DNA of 64,000 bases from Utricularia gibba. Lineage: Eukaryota > Plantae > Magnoliophyta. Made by a program: the position numbers and the translations under genes. The notes beneath the pieces were generated by a model. The model saw nothing but the letters and a program-made list of their open reading frames with translations. It had not been told where the DNA came from and did not search any database. The stretch covers positions 434,001 through 498,000 of the forward strand of contig NEEC01000023.1 of assembly GCA_002189035.1 (NCBI GenBank), given 5' to 3'. Below are positions 23,444 to 37,651 of this stretch, one piece after another; within the stretch, counting starts at the first letter, position 1; every line of letters starts with the position of its first letter.

Positions 23444-26400
23444 TCAGTTGTGTAGATCTGCCACAAGCTCTATATCAGCCCCAACTTCAGCAACCTTGGG
23501 ATCCTTAGATGACTTTGCAGCCTTTGCGAGGCTTAAAACATCGAAGTCCAAGGCTACTCTTCTAACCAGGCCTTCAAGCATCTGTTGATAACCAGACGAC
23601 ATAAATCATTTGAGTGAACTTGCCACTCAGCTATTTGATTTGGATAAGAATAAAGGGGGCTGTGGGGCGTTTTGCGGTAGCATGAGAAGCAGAAACAGGC
23701 CATCTACGAATCAGAATGGTCCAAGAGAGAAAAAGTAGAAACTTACCAATGAGCCAATAGCCACCAAAGCCCGAAATCTTGCATCAGAATCAATAGTTTC
23801 TAATTCCGCCATCTGCGGAATGTAAAAGAAAAGCTGGTGTAAGTAAAATAAAGGAGGTTCGACTTTGAGTGAATGCTCCACATTATAATTGTGTTCAGTT
23901 CGTTATCCGTGTCTACACGTGATAGAAAGGAAGAGAAGTGACAGTAAAGGGTGACCTCTAATGCTGCTGACAGAACATGAGATTGGCCTTCTTCATCATT
24001 CTTGTTGATAAGCAGAACTGCGTAACTGCACAGCCATATATTATCAGGATGCAAGGCCGTTTCAAAGAACACGGCAAATGGCACAAAAGGGATGAGATAA
24101 ATTCTAAATTACAGAAATGCTCACTTAAGTAACAGTGTTGCATAAGATATTTGGATGTTCTTGTTTGATGAAGATGAACAGCAGCTAGAGAAGGCATCCA
24201 AAATCTACAGTGAGAGTAAAGATCTTAAGATACACGCATTAGAGTTCCATCACCGCACTATCCATATCGTGATAAGCCTTTAACAATAAAAAGAAAGGCT
24301 CCATCATATTTAGGCATCAAAGAAAGCCTACCTCAGCTCGATAATTCAGCAAACTCTCATTGAAGAATGGGTTTTTAAAAAGATTGGTTACTGCACGGAG
24401 GCCAGTGAGTTGATTGGCTGGAACTGGAGGACTTGCTGTTACTTTTCTTATCACATCCATAAGAATATCTGCAGGAAATGTAAAGTTAGCTTGAATCCAT
24501 TGAGAGCAGGCTTTGACAAGGTCAGTAGTTTACCTTTTTCAACCATAACAACATGTTGGAGCTTCCCAGCTCCATCCGGGTGCAATAAAATCATCCTCAC
24601 AATATCTAAAACTGTAAAGGCAAGCAGTTGGACATGGATCTACTACTGAAATTCCTAAATGCTTCTATGTCACTGTTATTAATGAAAAATATATTGGGAA
24701 AAGTGAGTACGGATTACGAAAACAGAGACAGTTACCTGGAAATAGCATTTCCACAGGCCATGTTCTTAGCAACTTCAGCAATAAAGCAATGTCAATATCT
24801 GAGAATAGGCTGCTGTGATAATGGGATGTATCTTTCAGAGTCTTGACAATGGCACTCAATCTCGATAAATCATTTTCATTCAAGTGCAATTGTTGTCGTT
24901 CCTTTGCCTGAGAATTAATCCAAATCAGAAAAAAAAAATTTAAATCAGACGAGAAAACTCAGGGAAATAACATTTGTTCTCTATGGATGAACAGAATTTA
25001 ACAATAACGTATGCAACTTGTAAGAAAACAAAAAAACTTCTGGAGCATGACACATTTGTGTGCAATTTCAAACAGAAAGATTATATTGAAAATTGGAATA
25101 CTGCGGGAGGTTGTACATGATTAAGTGCAAAAAAGCATTGTACCAGATCAGACATTAAGGTTCTGTTGAACTCAGAAACTTTTTTGAGGATTCCGTCAAA
25201 CTGGGCGGTGTCAAACGAAAGCATCCCTTTCTGCATAGGGAAAGAGAGTCATCCTCCACAAGGTTAAGAAATTGATTTCTGAATAATTTTAAACAAGAAA
25301 CATGAGTAGAAGAAAGTCCAGCAGCAAACAGAGAAATTAAATAAGATTGAAAAATTACTTTTGGTATGTGCTTGTAAGAAGGCTTGGAAACTTCTGCATT
25401 CACCCAAGCATCAATGAGCAGCATCTCTATACCTTAAATCATATGAAACTATAATGCAAGGTCCAATAACAAATACCTTTTACTGTTGGTGGCATTCCAG
25501 GTATATATGCACTAGCTGCACCATTGTGGTAGGAAAATCAGGTATGATTGAGCACCGCTACTTTTTACAGAAAAGAAATCCTCAAATGAAACCTAAGGCT
25601 TACATCCAGTATATGGATCCCGAAACAGTGGGTCAGGAGTGAAATCTTTTTGCCCAGTATTTTGAAGGATGAATTCAACAATTTGTTGCCGATAAGAAAG
25701 TGGTAGATTTTCATTGATAAGCCACTTATCAGCAACAGCATATGGATTTTCTGAAGGCAGAAAAGCCAGTACAAATCAACATCTACTCTCAACGCTATAT
25801 AACGGCCCCAACCATAAATCTTAGATAATTACTCGTAACTCATAATTAATTATACCTGAACGGTTGTATGGTAATTTACGTACAGGCTCACCATCTCCAA
25901 TGTCAACATCGAATACTGCCAAATAAGATGCAAATTAAAACAAGAAGGAATCAAAAGAGGCACAAAAACTTAACATTAGAATCCAGACCATAATCATATT
26001 GAGTTCCGTTAAGCACCGGTTGCTTCATGCCACCATCAGGTCCATCAACAACCTCACCAATCTAGTTGACACAGATAATCAAACGAAAAAAGCTAAGATA
26101 GAAAAAATATGCATTGCAGTAAACCATGCCTGGAATACCCGAAACCTAATCAATGCCATATTGCTCAATAAAATTATGAAAATAAAAACGTTGTAGAAAC
26201 AAAATTCATTATTGCATCATCGATGATATTACAGAAGATATTATGGTTACCTTATCCCACCTTTGTTCTCTCATACTCCATGAATAAGCTACTCCATTAT
26301 CCCCTTCTCTGATAATCTTAGTTTGTCCATCACTGGTTCCTAATGATATACGAAATTAATTCAGAAACTAAAGATGCACTGATGGTTGACTTCTTGTATT

Positions 26401-29026
26401 CTTAAAATGCAAGCAACAAACATAGATAAGCTGATGAATCTGTAATGGCCATGATACCCGGTGTCTTCAATGAATCAAGTCCAGGCAAGTCTTCTAGTTT
26501 CAGACCACCGACCCTCTTTCTGAAACAGCATATATGCTTCCAATTAAATAGTGGTAGCAGATTCCTAAAAGTTCAATGTTCCATCGAGAAAAAGATACTT
26601 GCAGCATACTCAAGATCAATTTCACAGTGAGGTAAAATATGTTTAGCAGCATCCAATCAAAAAATACAAGCTTTGAGATTCCAAAAACATCATAGTCAAG
26701 TACTCCAAAGCACAAGAAAGAACTCATACCTACTGATCTTGTAATGTGAAAGTTGACTGGAAAAGGCATCAAGTTCAACAGACTCAGCGATCATATCATC
26801 ATCTATGGTCCAAACACGCACAACACCATCGGAGCAAGCTGTTACAATGTCACCATTCTCCAAGAATTTGGCATCCCAAACACAGCCAGGGTGCTCAATG
26901 CTTTGCACACATATTCCATCTGCAGGAACACAAGATATATATCAAAAAATTCATTAACTGAGGTATTTTGTAATAGAATGATTTTTTTAAAACTCTACGG
27001 TGCAAATATATAATCTTTGAAGAATGTGAAGACCTCTAGCCCGTAAGGTGAGCTACATAAAACTACTCAAGAAAAAAAGAAGGTAATTAGTCAATGTAAT
27101 CTCAAAGTATAATTCATCATGCATAAGAGTAAGAACTCAGGCAAAAAAATGAAATAACCTTTCCATAATCTTGCAGAGCAATCCTCGCTACCAGTAACAA
27201 TAAGTCCAGAGACATGAGCATCAACAGAATATACAAGAGATGTGTGACCAACCATCTCTAACAGAAGTTCCCCACTTACAGCCCACAGGCGGACAGATCT
27301 GATATTATAAGCACAGCATGTTCAGGAAAAGAAAACATGGAAACGAAATATGAATATAAAACATAAACAGATCGGCAAGTTTAGATTTCTGCAGTAGAAG
27401 AAATGGAATGCCATCTATAAGAAAAGGAATAAATGCAGCACAGCACAAGAATTCGAGAACTGCAAGCTGAAGGCTTGTTTCTGACATTAAAAAATATAAA
27501 ATACATAAGAAAATAATGAAGCCAATAAGGTTAACATCAAATGCATAAAAAAATAACGAAATCAATAACACTAACAAAGACCTCACCCATCATGTGATGC
27601 CGAAAGGATCCCTAAATTAGGCATAACAGCCAATCCACGAACTGTATCTGCGAAGGTACACCATGTGGAATTAGAAAAGGCGTTTTAGGGCAATCTTGCT
27701 TCCTCATGTCAGTTGAAGTTTAAATCCAAAAGATACTTTTGTAGAATATAAAAGCTTATATTGATCCAGACAAATATGTGAAAGGATACCTGCATGTCCT
27801 TGAAAGGTATGAGTGCAAGTCTTTCCAGTCCATAGCTTCAAAGTCATATCACTTGAACCTATATAACCACCAAAATTGGTTGATCTTTGTCTTTCATAGC
27901 AACAAGAATTTTGAAAAATTTTACATGCTCAATTTCTAACTGAATACAATAAAACGAGCATACGCATACCAAATTGAACATTATAATGTGCATGTTATAG
28001 CATGAAATCGCAGCAGAAAACTGCACATTTCCAACTAAAAGTTATGTGTAAACCCCGAAAAGGTATCTTATTCAATATATTAAGCTATTCAGTTTAACTA
28101 GTTATTAGCAATAAGGTATCTTTACCAGTAACAAGGTTTCCTGTTGAAAGCTTAACAACTGCTTGAATTGCAGCCTTGTGAGCTTCCCAGACCTCAACTT
28201 GTTGACCTCCTCTCCATCGCCTCATTGTACTACACAAGACTAGGGAAAGTTTAGCCAGATAAGAGAATAAGTACCCATGAAGTTCAAATAACCGCACATG
28301 AAAATAATTCCACATTGCATCAACAACACCCACTAAGCAAGAGATTGTAATTCATAGGACTTCTAAATGTATTAAAAGATAATAACATTGTTCTGGAAGG
28401 GTTTACAAACAAGTTCTTATCAGATGTCACAACAATCCTATACTTTAACCAAGCATTCACAAAAACCATGTCAAAATCCGCCATGCAAATCTTTCATAAA
28501 ACAAGCTCAATGTGATACACACAAGAATAATCCAAGGTTTACCATACCAATCAACAGATACAGAAATCACATCTGAACCATCTAGTGCAAGTCCAGTGAC
28601 CTGCAATTTATGTCCCTTAAGCACATGGACAGTCTCTCCAGAAGCAAGATTCCACACGAATATGAAGGTGTCCATTCCTCCAGACACAATCCCACCCTGA
28701 GGAAGCTCCTCGTTTGGTGGGATCCAAGCCAATGGCCCACGAAACTGTTGTGACCTAAGAATATCTTAGACAAGGTGTAATCACGCTTTTGGGATGCACT
28801 CAACGTCCAAAATCTCACAGTTCTGTCTCTAGAAGAAGTAGCAATGCCAGAATCTCCACAGATGCATATCCCACGGGCCTAATGCAATGTCCAGCTCAGA
28901 TAAGAGCCGACCAAAACTTCATCCAAGTAAATTATAAGAGAAAAAAAGTGAACTCAGTGAACTCACATCATCCTCATGACCTTGCATTTGGCATCTCAGT
29001 CTGTATTCCTTGAAGTCAATATCCAT
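23444..29026 (-). CDS. PLAA: Phospholipase A2-activating protein / UFD3-DOA1 homolog (WD40-PFU-PUL); many exons; frameshift at about 28736
   Basis: MDIDFKEYRLRCQMQGHEDD; ATSSRDRTVRFW; LAWIPP..VSGGMDT; GHADTVRGLA; SIEHPGCVWDAKFLENGDIVTACSDGVVRVWT; FDVDIGDG; PUL-type C-terminus ending KVAEVGADIELV. Confidence 0.92.
27648..27789 (-). other. Intron with a U12-type 5' splice site (GTATCCTTT) in PLAA
   Basis: The flanking exons join in frame as GHA|DTVRG. The donor GTATCCTTT spans 27789-27781. I found no clear TCCTTAAC branch site. Confidence 0.55.
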
Positions 29027-29705
29027 GGAACTTAAATCACCTTGAACCTACATTAGTGAATAAGAGATTAATATCCATTAACTCCAGAAGCATCTTCTCA
29101 AAAACCTAAAAAACACACAAATCATCTGAACCTGAATGCATCGAAGATACATCTGAACAAATTTATACTACCCTTACTCGATAATGCACACTGATCTACA
29201 TTCAGACTCAATAGCAATCTAGCTAATGAGATTCTACTCGCACTGATGACTTTGATTTACGCATCACTACTCAATCCCCCCCCCCAAAAAAAAAAAAACA
29301 AAATGGCTTTGCGGTTGTGTTCTTTTTAAAACAAATGCCGTAGATTAGTGGCATATCGTAGATTTTAGGAGTTGTAAGTGTCCAGGCGTACCATCGCCAA
29401 AAAAAAAAAAAAAAGCTTAGGAAAAAATGCAAGCATATATCACAACTAAATGCTCATTCCAAAGCAATAATACACAACTGAAAAAAGATATACAAGTAAG
29501 TACTTTTTACGAAAACTCACATCAATGAAGGCAACCCAAAATCAACAAGAACTACTCAATTTCAGCATGATGTAGATAAAGATCACGATACAAGATTCAG
29601 TCCACTGCAAATGTAAATCAGCTTACCACGGATTTTGGGGACGAAGAGGTATCGGGCGTCGATCGATGGCCGTTTTGATTGAGCTGCGTTTCTGGACCCT
29701 AAAAT

Positions 29706-29763
29706 TGGGCTGGAACTGGGCCCACTACTTCTGGGCTTCCAGTGTCTTCGCAAGGTTGGCCCT
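29706..29763. promoter_or_regulatory. Site II cluster in the divergent PLAA / plastid-protein promoter
   Basis: TGGGCT at 29706, TGGGCC at 29717 and TGGGCT at 29732. Confidence 0.5.
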
Positions 29764-30012
29764 ATTTTATCAGTAATTTTGTAAAATGAAATTTTTGCAT
29801 TTAAAAAATACTTCAAATTTACTCAAAACGTGACACAGCAGAAGTCACGCACTCCATTTAAACTATTTTATGTATAATTCCAAAATGTAATTTTGTGGAA
29901 GAACTTGGGCGTGACAGAAAATATAGTGTTTTGTTAGGACTAAAGGGTAATTTCCTTAAACTATAAAATTGCCCCGACTCCAGGCCTTAACCGGCAAAGC
30001 TCCGGTTTTGCA

Positions 30013-31503
30013 ATGTCGATGACATCCTTATCCTTCCAGTCGAAAGCCCGCATAAAGCTCTACTCTCCGAAGCCTATCTTGCGATTACAGGATTCCAAGC
30101 CTTCTTTCTCGTTGCCTTCATTCGTAAATGTGAAAGCTTTCAGCGTATTCAATGGCCTTCAATGCTATTCTGGGTCATTTGATCGAACATTTTATAGGCT
30201 TCCCGTGAAATCGCATGGTTTCCTTGTGAAAGCGCAGAATGAAGGTGCTTCTGGCGGGGATGCTGCCCAGGAAGAGGAGGAGGATCGTGGGCCGACGAGT
30301 ATGCCTGAAAGATTCAGATACTTGACTAAAGAAGCTCCTGATAAGCCCATTGTCTGGCCCTGGCTAGTCGGTATGCTGGTTTTCCTCACCCCTTTTTTTT
30401 TACGAATAAATTAGGAATCAGGAATGCAGTGATTTAGCTTCTCTCAAAGTTGAATTAAGCTCTTAGCATTTATATCATATAGTTTTCATATCGATTATGG
30501 CTTATGCAGACTTGAATTAGGGATTCTCTCAAACTGCCATGTTTCTCTGAACATGAAAACTTTCAATTTAAGCAACCACATGGGAGTATATCGACTCTGT
30601 TCTTTGATGGAGCTTATAAGTTGGGCTGTGTGTTCACATAGTGAGAGAAGAAACACTAATTCAGCTTAAATCAGGCGTAAAAAACATTTTTTGCAGTAAG
30701 AATTGTTTTTTCAGTTGAAAAAAGAAAACTGCTAAATCTGCATTAACTTGTATCAGTTGATTGTTTCTATCATATCATGCAATGAATTCTAAATCCATGG
30801 GAGCTCTGCAGTGCTGGGATTCATGCTGTATACTTGGAGATCTGTGCTGTGGGAGCTTTCTAACTGGGGAAAGCTGGTCGGTTCCATTGGCAAGCTCTGC
30901 TTCTACATCTCAAAACTTGCTTTAGCCACTGTCTTCCACTTTATTGGGGATCCGGTTACGTCTTTGATATGGGGACTGGAGACATCTTTCTACAAGATCC
31001 GCTCGATCTACTCGGCCATAATTGCATATGCTCCAATTAAGGAGCTGCTCCTCATCATCATACTCACATCCTCTATACTTGCAGTTGCTGAAGCCACAGT
31101 TCCAGACTCTGTGAACAGCCAGCCGAAGCTGCTAACCGTGGCAGGGCTTGTTGGTTTTGCTGCTGTCGCTAACTACATCTCTGAGCCATTTTTCTGGACC
31201 TTGCTTTTGGGATTATTCAGTTTTGCAAAGCTAGTGAAGAAGAGAGATTATGTTTCATCCGCTTTGCCGGTTGCTGCAGTTTTGGCCGCAGTTGGAGAAC
31301 CATGGATCAGAGCTGTCACAATGGTATCCTACATAGGCTTGGCTACATTCCACCATGCCAACAACCCTGTTGAACTGGATGGACAGGAATCAGGAGCCAT
31401 ATACCGAATACCGATACCTCTGTTATGCGCTGCATTTGCCATCGGCATTCGTCTAGCTGCCAACTGGGCTGGCTATCGACATTTAACATGGATGGTAGCA
31501 TAG
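30013..31503 (+). CDS. Conserved uncharacterised plastid-targeted multi-pass membrane protein; 2 exons (about 30013-30370 and 30811-31503)
   Basis: Ser-rich transit peptide; SMPERFRYLTKEAPD..VWPW; LYTWRSVLWELSNW; several hydrophobic helices; GIRLAANWAGYRHLTWM. The GT-AG junction is in frame. Confidence 0.85.
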
Positions 31504-31925
31504 GGATCCTGCATCCTAAGGCTTCGGATGTGCTCTTGTATGTTCTCATTTATTCATGCCACAATCCTAAGATGAAGAGCCCTTTTTTGACTCACCATTT
31601 TCGCGTACGGAAATGTCATCCAGTTATGATCATGAAACTAATTAGTGGGTGGTTTCCTAATGCGGTTCCTGATCCTGTGATATTCGATTACCTTCAATGT
31701 TGGATGCAGAGAACAAGTTGATGCGGTACGTAAACCAAAGCCAGGGAAGGCATCACAAAGGTGACGAGCCTTCCTGCTACTTCACAAGTGAGCCCAACTT
31801 GCATTCCACTGCATGCGCAATCAGCCCTTTTATCTTGATCCAAGGTTGCTGCTCAACAATGACGCCAGATGACGGACACCTGGCTCAAGTTGAATTTCTT
31901 CCCCATCTGTTATGGTATCTATCTC

Positions 31926-32692
31926 TTAGAACAAGAGTGCATCCAGAGTTTGTAAAGCCAAATCTAACTTCAAACTGTAAACAAGAGCATGGCAGATAGG
32001 AACTGAAGGATAGATACCTCTCCTGTTCATGCCATCAAACATTTTCAAAGCTTCTTCAATGTTACCTGACCTGCCTAAACTCTCGATCAGAGCTTTGACA
32101 GTTATTACATCTAGTTAAATTTCTCTGTCAGTCATCTCCTTTCAATAAGGCAAACACAAATCTTACTGATCATTAAAAAAAAAAACACAACTCTTATCTT
32201 CCCATCTCTCTCGAGCTAGTCTGTAGGGTATTATATGGCACTATCAAAGCCTGCGGGAGCTTAATACAGACTGAAGATCCCCTGAAGCACAAAGCTTTCG
32301 AATACAATCTAAAAAGAGTTCCTCCCGACAATAAGAGTGTTCTTCATCGGCCGCAAGAATTCTATTCACAAGTTCATCAACGATTTCCCCCGGGATTGAG
32401 CCGAAAACCAACAAGAAATCTAATTGCCCAACATTGAATGCCTAAAAAGAAATTCGATAACAGTAGCTTGGCAGTAAAATCATCCCCATCAACGAATTGG
32501 TCCAATGGGTATCAAAAAGTCAATGTTTATTCGGAATATTCGATCACGAGAACACTCAAGCAGCTCCATGTTATTCAAAGGCACCACAGTGAAAAAAATG
32601 CAATGCTTCCGCATCGGCAGTTATGGGATTGATGCCCGTTCTTCAACCATCCCCGGTTACCGGCCGGCGGCGCGCCGGATCTTGGTTCCCAT
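31926..32692 (-). pseudogene. Degraded P-type PPR pseudogene (internal deletion, in-frame stops)
   Basis: Minus-strand remnants: MGTKIRRAAGR*, then IVDELVNRIL...LDCIRKLCASGDLQSVL, then EMTDREI*LDVITVKALIESLGRSGNIEEALKMFDGMNRRGIYPSVPICHALVYSL, a canonical 35-aa PPR motif with a TAA at 32115-32117. Confidence 0.8.
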
Positions 32693-32921
32693 GATGCTTC
32701 AATTCGATCGTTTTTTTTCACATATTCCCTTTTCTCCACATGCACATATATATTAGTTAACAAAAATACATAATAATAATATTATTATTATTATTTAATG
32801 GCTGCAAACGACACCGTTTTATGGCCAGGCCCAGAACTTTAATTCCCCCAAAAAATCGTTCGGCGTTGCATAGAAGCGCTTTCACTCCGCCGAGCCGAGG
32901 TTTAGAGGAAGCCCTAGAAAG

Positions 32922-35900
32922 ATGTCCGGCGGTTTTTTCCGGGTAAGTCTTTTGCTATTCTTCTTCAAGTTTTCCAGAATCCATTATATTTTCAACTGTT
33001 TCCGGTTTCTGAGGCTCACTCACGCCATTGCTTCCCTTGTTTCAGTTTTGGTGTTTTTATTTTGTTACATTTTTTTATGGGCATCCATTTTTCTATAATT
33101 CGCACCAGGGGACTTCCGCAGATCAGGACACTCGATTCTCTAACAAGCAAGCTAAGCTACTCAAGTCGCAGAAGTTCGCCCCAGAATTGGAAATTTTGGT
33201 TGGACTCTGAAATCCTTTTTTGTGTTTCATTTGCATATTGAGCATTATGTTTATATTACTTTTCTTGTGTCTATTATTTTTTTTATGAAAATATGGTGTA
33301 TATAGATGAGAGTTAAGTTCAATTTAATGACCCACTACATTGCCAAGCAGTTTTGAGTGTTTTTGCACTTTTTTTTTTTTTTTTTGCATTTCTACTTGCC
33401 TGGTTTTTGCATTTAAATAGTCTTGATGACGCATTGCAAAGACTTTCTTTTTCTACTGTAGTGCACTAGGGCAGAAGCATCATGTCTCATTTTTTATTGC
33501 ATAAACTGCAAACTCCTGGAAAAAATGGGAAGGGAAAACTTCTTGGGTTGCATGGGATGGTTGTTTTTTGTGGATGCTCATAAAAATCTGTTTAGGTGGA
33601 TATGACTAGAATTAAGATGGATGTCATGAGGCCATGGATTGCAAAGCGTGTTACTGAGCTGATTGGTTTTGAAGACGAAGTACTTATCAATTTCATTTAC
33701 GGTCTTTTGGAGGGAAAGGTACTCTTTTTTTGTGTGTGTTTATCTAATAAAGTCTCTCTACATGCCCAGTGTTGAAGTTATCTTATAGCCTCGTGTACAT
33801 AATTAGAATTTTGAGGAATGTATTGCTTCTCGCTTTGCTGCAGGCAGTGAATGGAAAACAGGTTCAAATATCGCTCACAGGGTTCATGGAGAGAAATACT
33901 GGAAAGTTCATGAAGGAGCTGTGGGTGCTACTTCTGAGTGCTCAACAAAATGTTAGTGGTGTCCCCCAACAGTTTTTGGACGCAAAAGAAGAAGAGACTA
34001 AAAAGAGGCTGGTTTGTCTTGTATTTTTTTTCTTTTTTTGCATTTAATCCAATACTGTTATTTCTTCATGATTAGTTCTTCCAAATGACAGGCCGAGACA
34101 GATCGCATAGCAAGTGAAATTCGGAAGAAGAAAGATAAGGAGCTCCAAGAAGCTGAGCAAGAGAAAATTAGGATGGTAATTCTGTATGTAAAGGGCATAA
34201 ATATTTTTTTGGGCTTCTGACTCTATTTTTAGTTCATATGGCCATCTTCAAAATGTTGCAGGATGGTAATATCACGTCCTCAAGAGATCAAAAAACTGAG
34301 GCCATGTCCAATTCTGGGCATGATCGTGGCATGCAACGAGAAGATGAGAGGGAAAAGTTCAGAGGGAGAGGTGATAGGATGAGAAGCAGGTGTGATTCTG
34401 ACAACCTTTCTTACCGGTTTCAGCTTATCATTACCTATTAATTTTGGTTTTTTAGGGTGTAGGTGTCTATGTTCTGATTTATTTTCCTTTCTAGAAAATA
34501 TTTGAGCATGCTAGAGGATTGCCATTTTTTAAATGTTTCTAAGGGGCTTTTCTTTTGTTGAAGCTGAACTTTGGTACTGTAGACTTATCAGCATTCTTTT
34601 TGGGTAGGTTGCGGACTTCATATTCTCCCAACCACTCACCTTCCCCTCGGTGCGTCTTCATGATTATTAGTTGATATTTTCTACCTATAATTTTTATTAC
34701 ATCTTTATTTCTGACTAGATGTTTACTTTATGAAACAGAAGAAAGCATTCGGCTTCCCCTTCCAAGTCATCCGGTTCAGAGTAGGTTCTCAGATGCATTT
34801 TACAGTTTTTGTATTTATCAATCCCAAATCTTCAATACTAGAAAGTAATTCAACAAATATCGTCATTACTGTTGAAGGTAGTGCTTCAATCATCTAAATT
34901 CTTTTCTTCTTATCTGATTCCATGGTAGAAGGCGAAAGTCAAGGAGTGGATCAAGAGGACGATCATCTAGAAGCCCAGCTGTTCCTTCCCAAGGACAAAG
35001 ACGCTCTCCCCCAAGGAAGTCATTGTCCCCCTACAGAAAGCATGCATATAGGCGCTCTCCATCACCCCGACACAGGTCCTCTTATTCTCGAAGGGCACAG
35101 TACAGGGATGATTCTCCAAGGCGTCATAGATCTCGATCTCCAGTGAGATACAGGTCAAGATCCTCTTCACCGCGTAGATCAAGGAGGTCAACACGGAGAT
35201 CACCAGTGAGTTATAGATTTAGAACACCTTTGCGCCACAGGTCACGGTCTCCAGTGCGACGAAGAGACCTATCACAATCACCTAGGAGAAGATCTCCGGA
35301 TTATAGAGGTCGAAAGTTACAGTCTCCTGAAAATGGCAGTTCTCTATCACCGGTGCAACACCTGCCTTCATCTCGTCAAAGGCATCCATCCCCTCGTGGA
35401 AAACACCACCAAGATTCCTCGCCAAGTCCACCACGCCGATCAGAGTCTCCAGCTCCACACAGGAGTGCATCTCATAGAAGGTCTAGATCCCCAGGGAATG
35501 GGAGATCCTTATCTCCCAAAGGCTCACCTTCCCCTGCGCATATGGGCATCACCTCCCCATCACTTGTGAAGAGGGGATCTACCAAAAGCACGAGAAGACC
35601 ATCAGAAGGAGAGAGGACCAGGTAATTTTATATCTTTATTACTCTGCAAGTATAAGTAGTAGGTTAGCATTCCTTTTCCTTCTGGGCGCTTTTTTTTTTG
35701 TGCATATTCCAAGTTTTTTCAATTTTCTCTCTTCCTTGCGTCCTTAGATGATGGTTTCTGTATTTTATCTGTCACCCATCTCAAGTTGCCAGTGAGCATT
35801 ATTTTCTGCATTATTCTAGTTACCTAGGTCTTTTGCTCTTCTTGGTACCAGGCTTGCGATCTTTCATTAACTCTACTGGTATATGACTAACTGTACTTCC

Positions 35901-37275
35901 CGTTTACTGAAAAAACTTTCCTGTATATTTTTTTCCCCTGAATACATAACTTGTATTGGAGATATGTTAACCTTGATCTTGTTTTGCTTCAGCATCAAAT
36001 ATTTTCTCCTACCTTGTACAGAATACACGAGAAGCGTTCTCCTGAATATAGCAGTTCTCCCACTGCAAAGTCTGATGCCCCAGCTGCAAAGCGTAGAGTG
36101 AAGGCTTCCACAGCAGACTCACCTCAGCGGGATGTAGTAAAACAAGATGACTCTCTTAGAAAACGGCGGGAATTGCCTCCTCGGCAGAGATCTCCAGATC
36201 TCTCGGATGCATCCAGAAGCAGAAGTCCATCTGAGGAAAGGTATTCAAATCAGTTCTTCATGCATACTTGGCTCCATCTGACCATGGTTTTTTGTAGGTT
36301 GCCCCCTTCTGATGGTTCCCATAAGAAGAGGAATGAACTGTCTGGGCCTGACAAATTGTACTCACCAAGAAAATCTTCTGCTAACAGACCCGATCGCGTC
36401 GCCTCTGTGCCGAGAATCAGTGCTGAGACGAACATTTCCCGCAGGTTTTAGATTGGCTGGTAATCTTTTTGTGATGGTGTGATATTTCTGTGTTCTAATT
36501 ACCTTGTCACTCCAGGGATGCTGTGGATCACAAATTCACATCCTCAGAAATTCCCCAATCTGATGATCGAGCAAATCCAGGGAAAACCCAGCCCCCAAGC
36601 AGGTTTCCCAAGTATTTCCATTTGTGATATCCTACGGATGCCGTTGTCTTCTTTTTTTTTTCTTCAAAGGGTGGTTGTTCATATGCAGTGAAGCTTTACA
36701 TGACATGGAGGACCAGGGGAAACATCACAAGCGACAGTCAACAGTCCAGGGGAAGGAATGGGATGCCGAGGATAACAAATCTAGTCGGAAGGATGCAGGT
36801 AGTGATTTGGAGCTGGAACCAGAGGCTGACGATACACCTGCAAAGTCTAAACAACGAGAAAAGAATGGCCCCCCGCTTGCCCTCTGAGGAAATTGATGAG
36901 CGCAGAGATGAAGGCGGCCATGAAAAAAGAAAGCATAAGAAATCGGATGAAGCAGCGGAGTCCGACGATGAATCTAGCTACGATTCTTACGAGGAACGAA
37001 GAGAGGCTAAGAAGAGAAGAAAAGAAAGGAAGAGGTTGGAAAAGGAGGACCGGCGCCGCCGCCGTGAGCAGAAACGGCTCGCAAGGGAAGAGCGACGTGC
37101 AGAGAAGCACAAACCAAAGTCGCGCGATGATTCCAATGCCGGTGCTCGGCAACGAGGCTCCAACCTCATGGACGCTGATGATACAGACGCAGAGCAGCAG
37201 CAGCGAAAGCTGGAGATCGAGCTTCGAGAGAAGGCATTGGAATCACTCAGAGCCAAGAAAAGCCTCGGAAGCTGA
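32922..37275 (+). CDS. PWI-domain SR-related splicing factor (SRRM1/SRm160-like); multi-exon; probable +1 frameshift at 36869-36874
   Basis: MSGGFFRGTSADQDTRFSNKQAKLLKSQKFAPEL; MDVMRPWIAKRVTELIGFEDEVLINFI; QISLTGFMERNTGKFMKELW; long RS/SP region; C-terminal KLEIELREKALESLRAKK. Confidence 0.92.
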
Positions 37276-37651
37276 ACCATCGTCTTCGTTTCCCCTTAGA
37301 CATTTTTCCCTTCCTGTTCAAGCTTCCGTTTTTTTATTCTGTGGCACTGCTCTTCTTGTAGGCACAAAACGACAATTTAAAACATATTTAATTTGTATTT
37401 TTCAATTTAATTTATGCATCATAAATTGAAATAATCGAAATATTAAAAGAGGATAGACTTCACCAGGTGGCGCTCTGCCATTGGATGTTCTCCACATCCA
37501 ACAAAGATAACTCCGCCGTAACCTCTGCCTCAAGCTCAAGATAAAAAAATAAAAAAGAAAAAAGAAAAGAAAAGATCAATGGCGTAGAACTCAACTGATC
37601 AGTTCAGAAGGAAATCCTCTTCCACTTCCAGTGCTGATTTCTTCTCCATCT

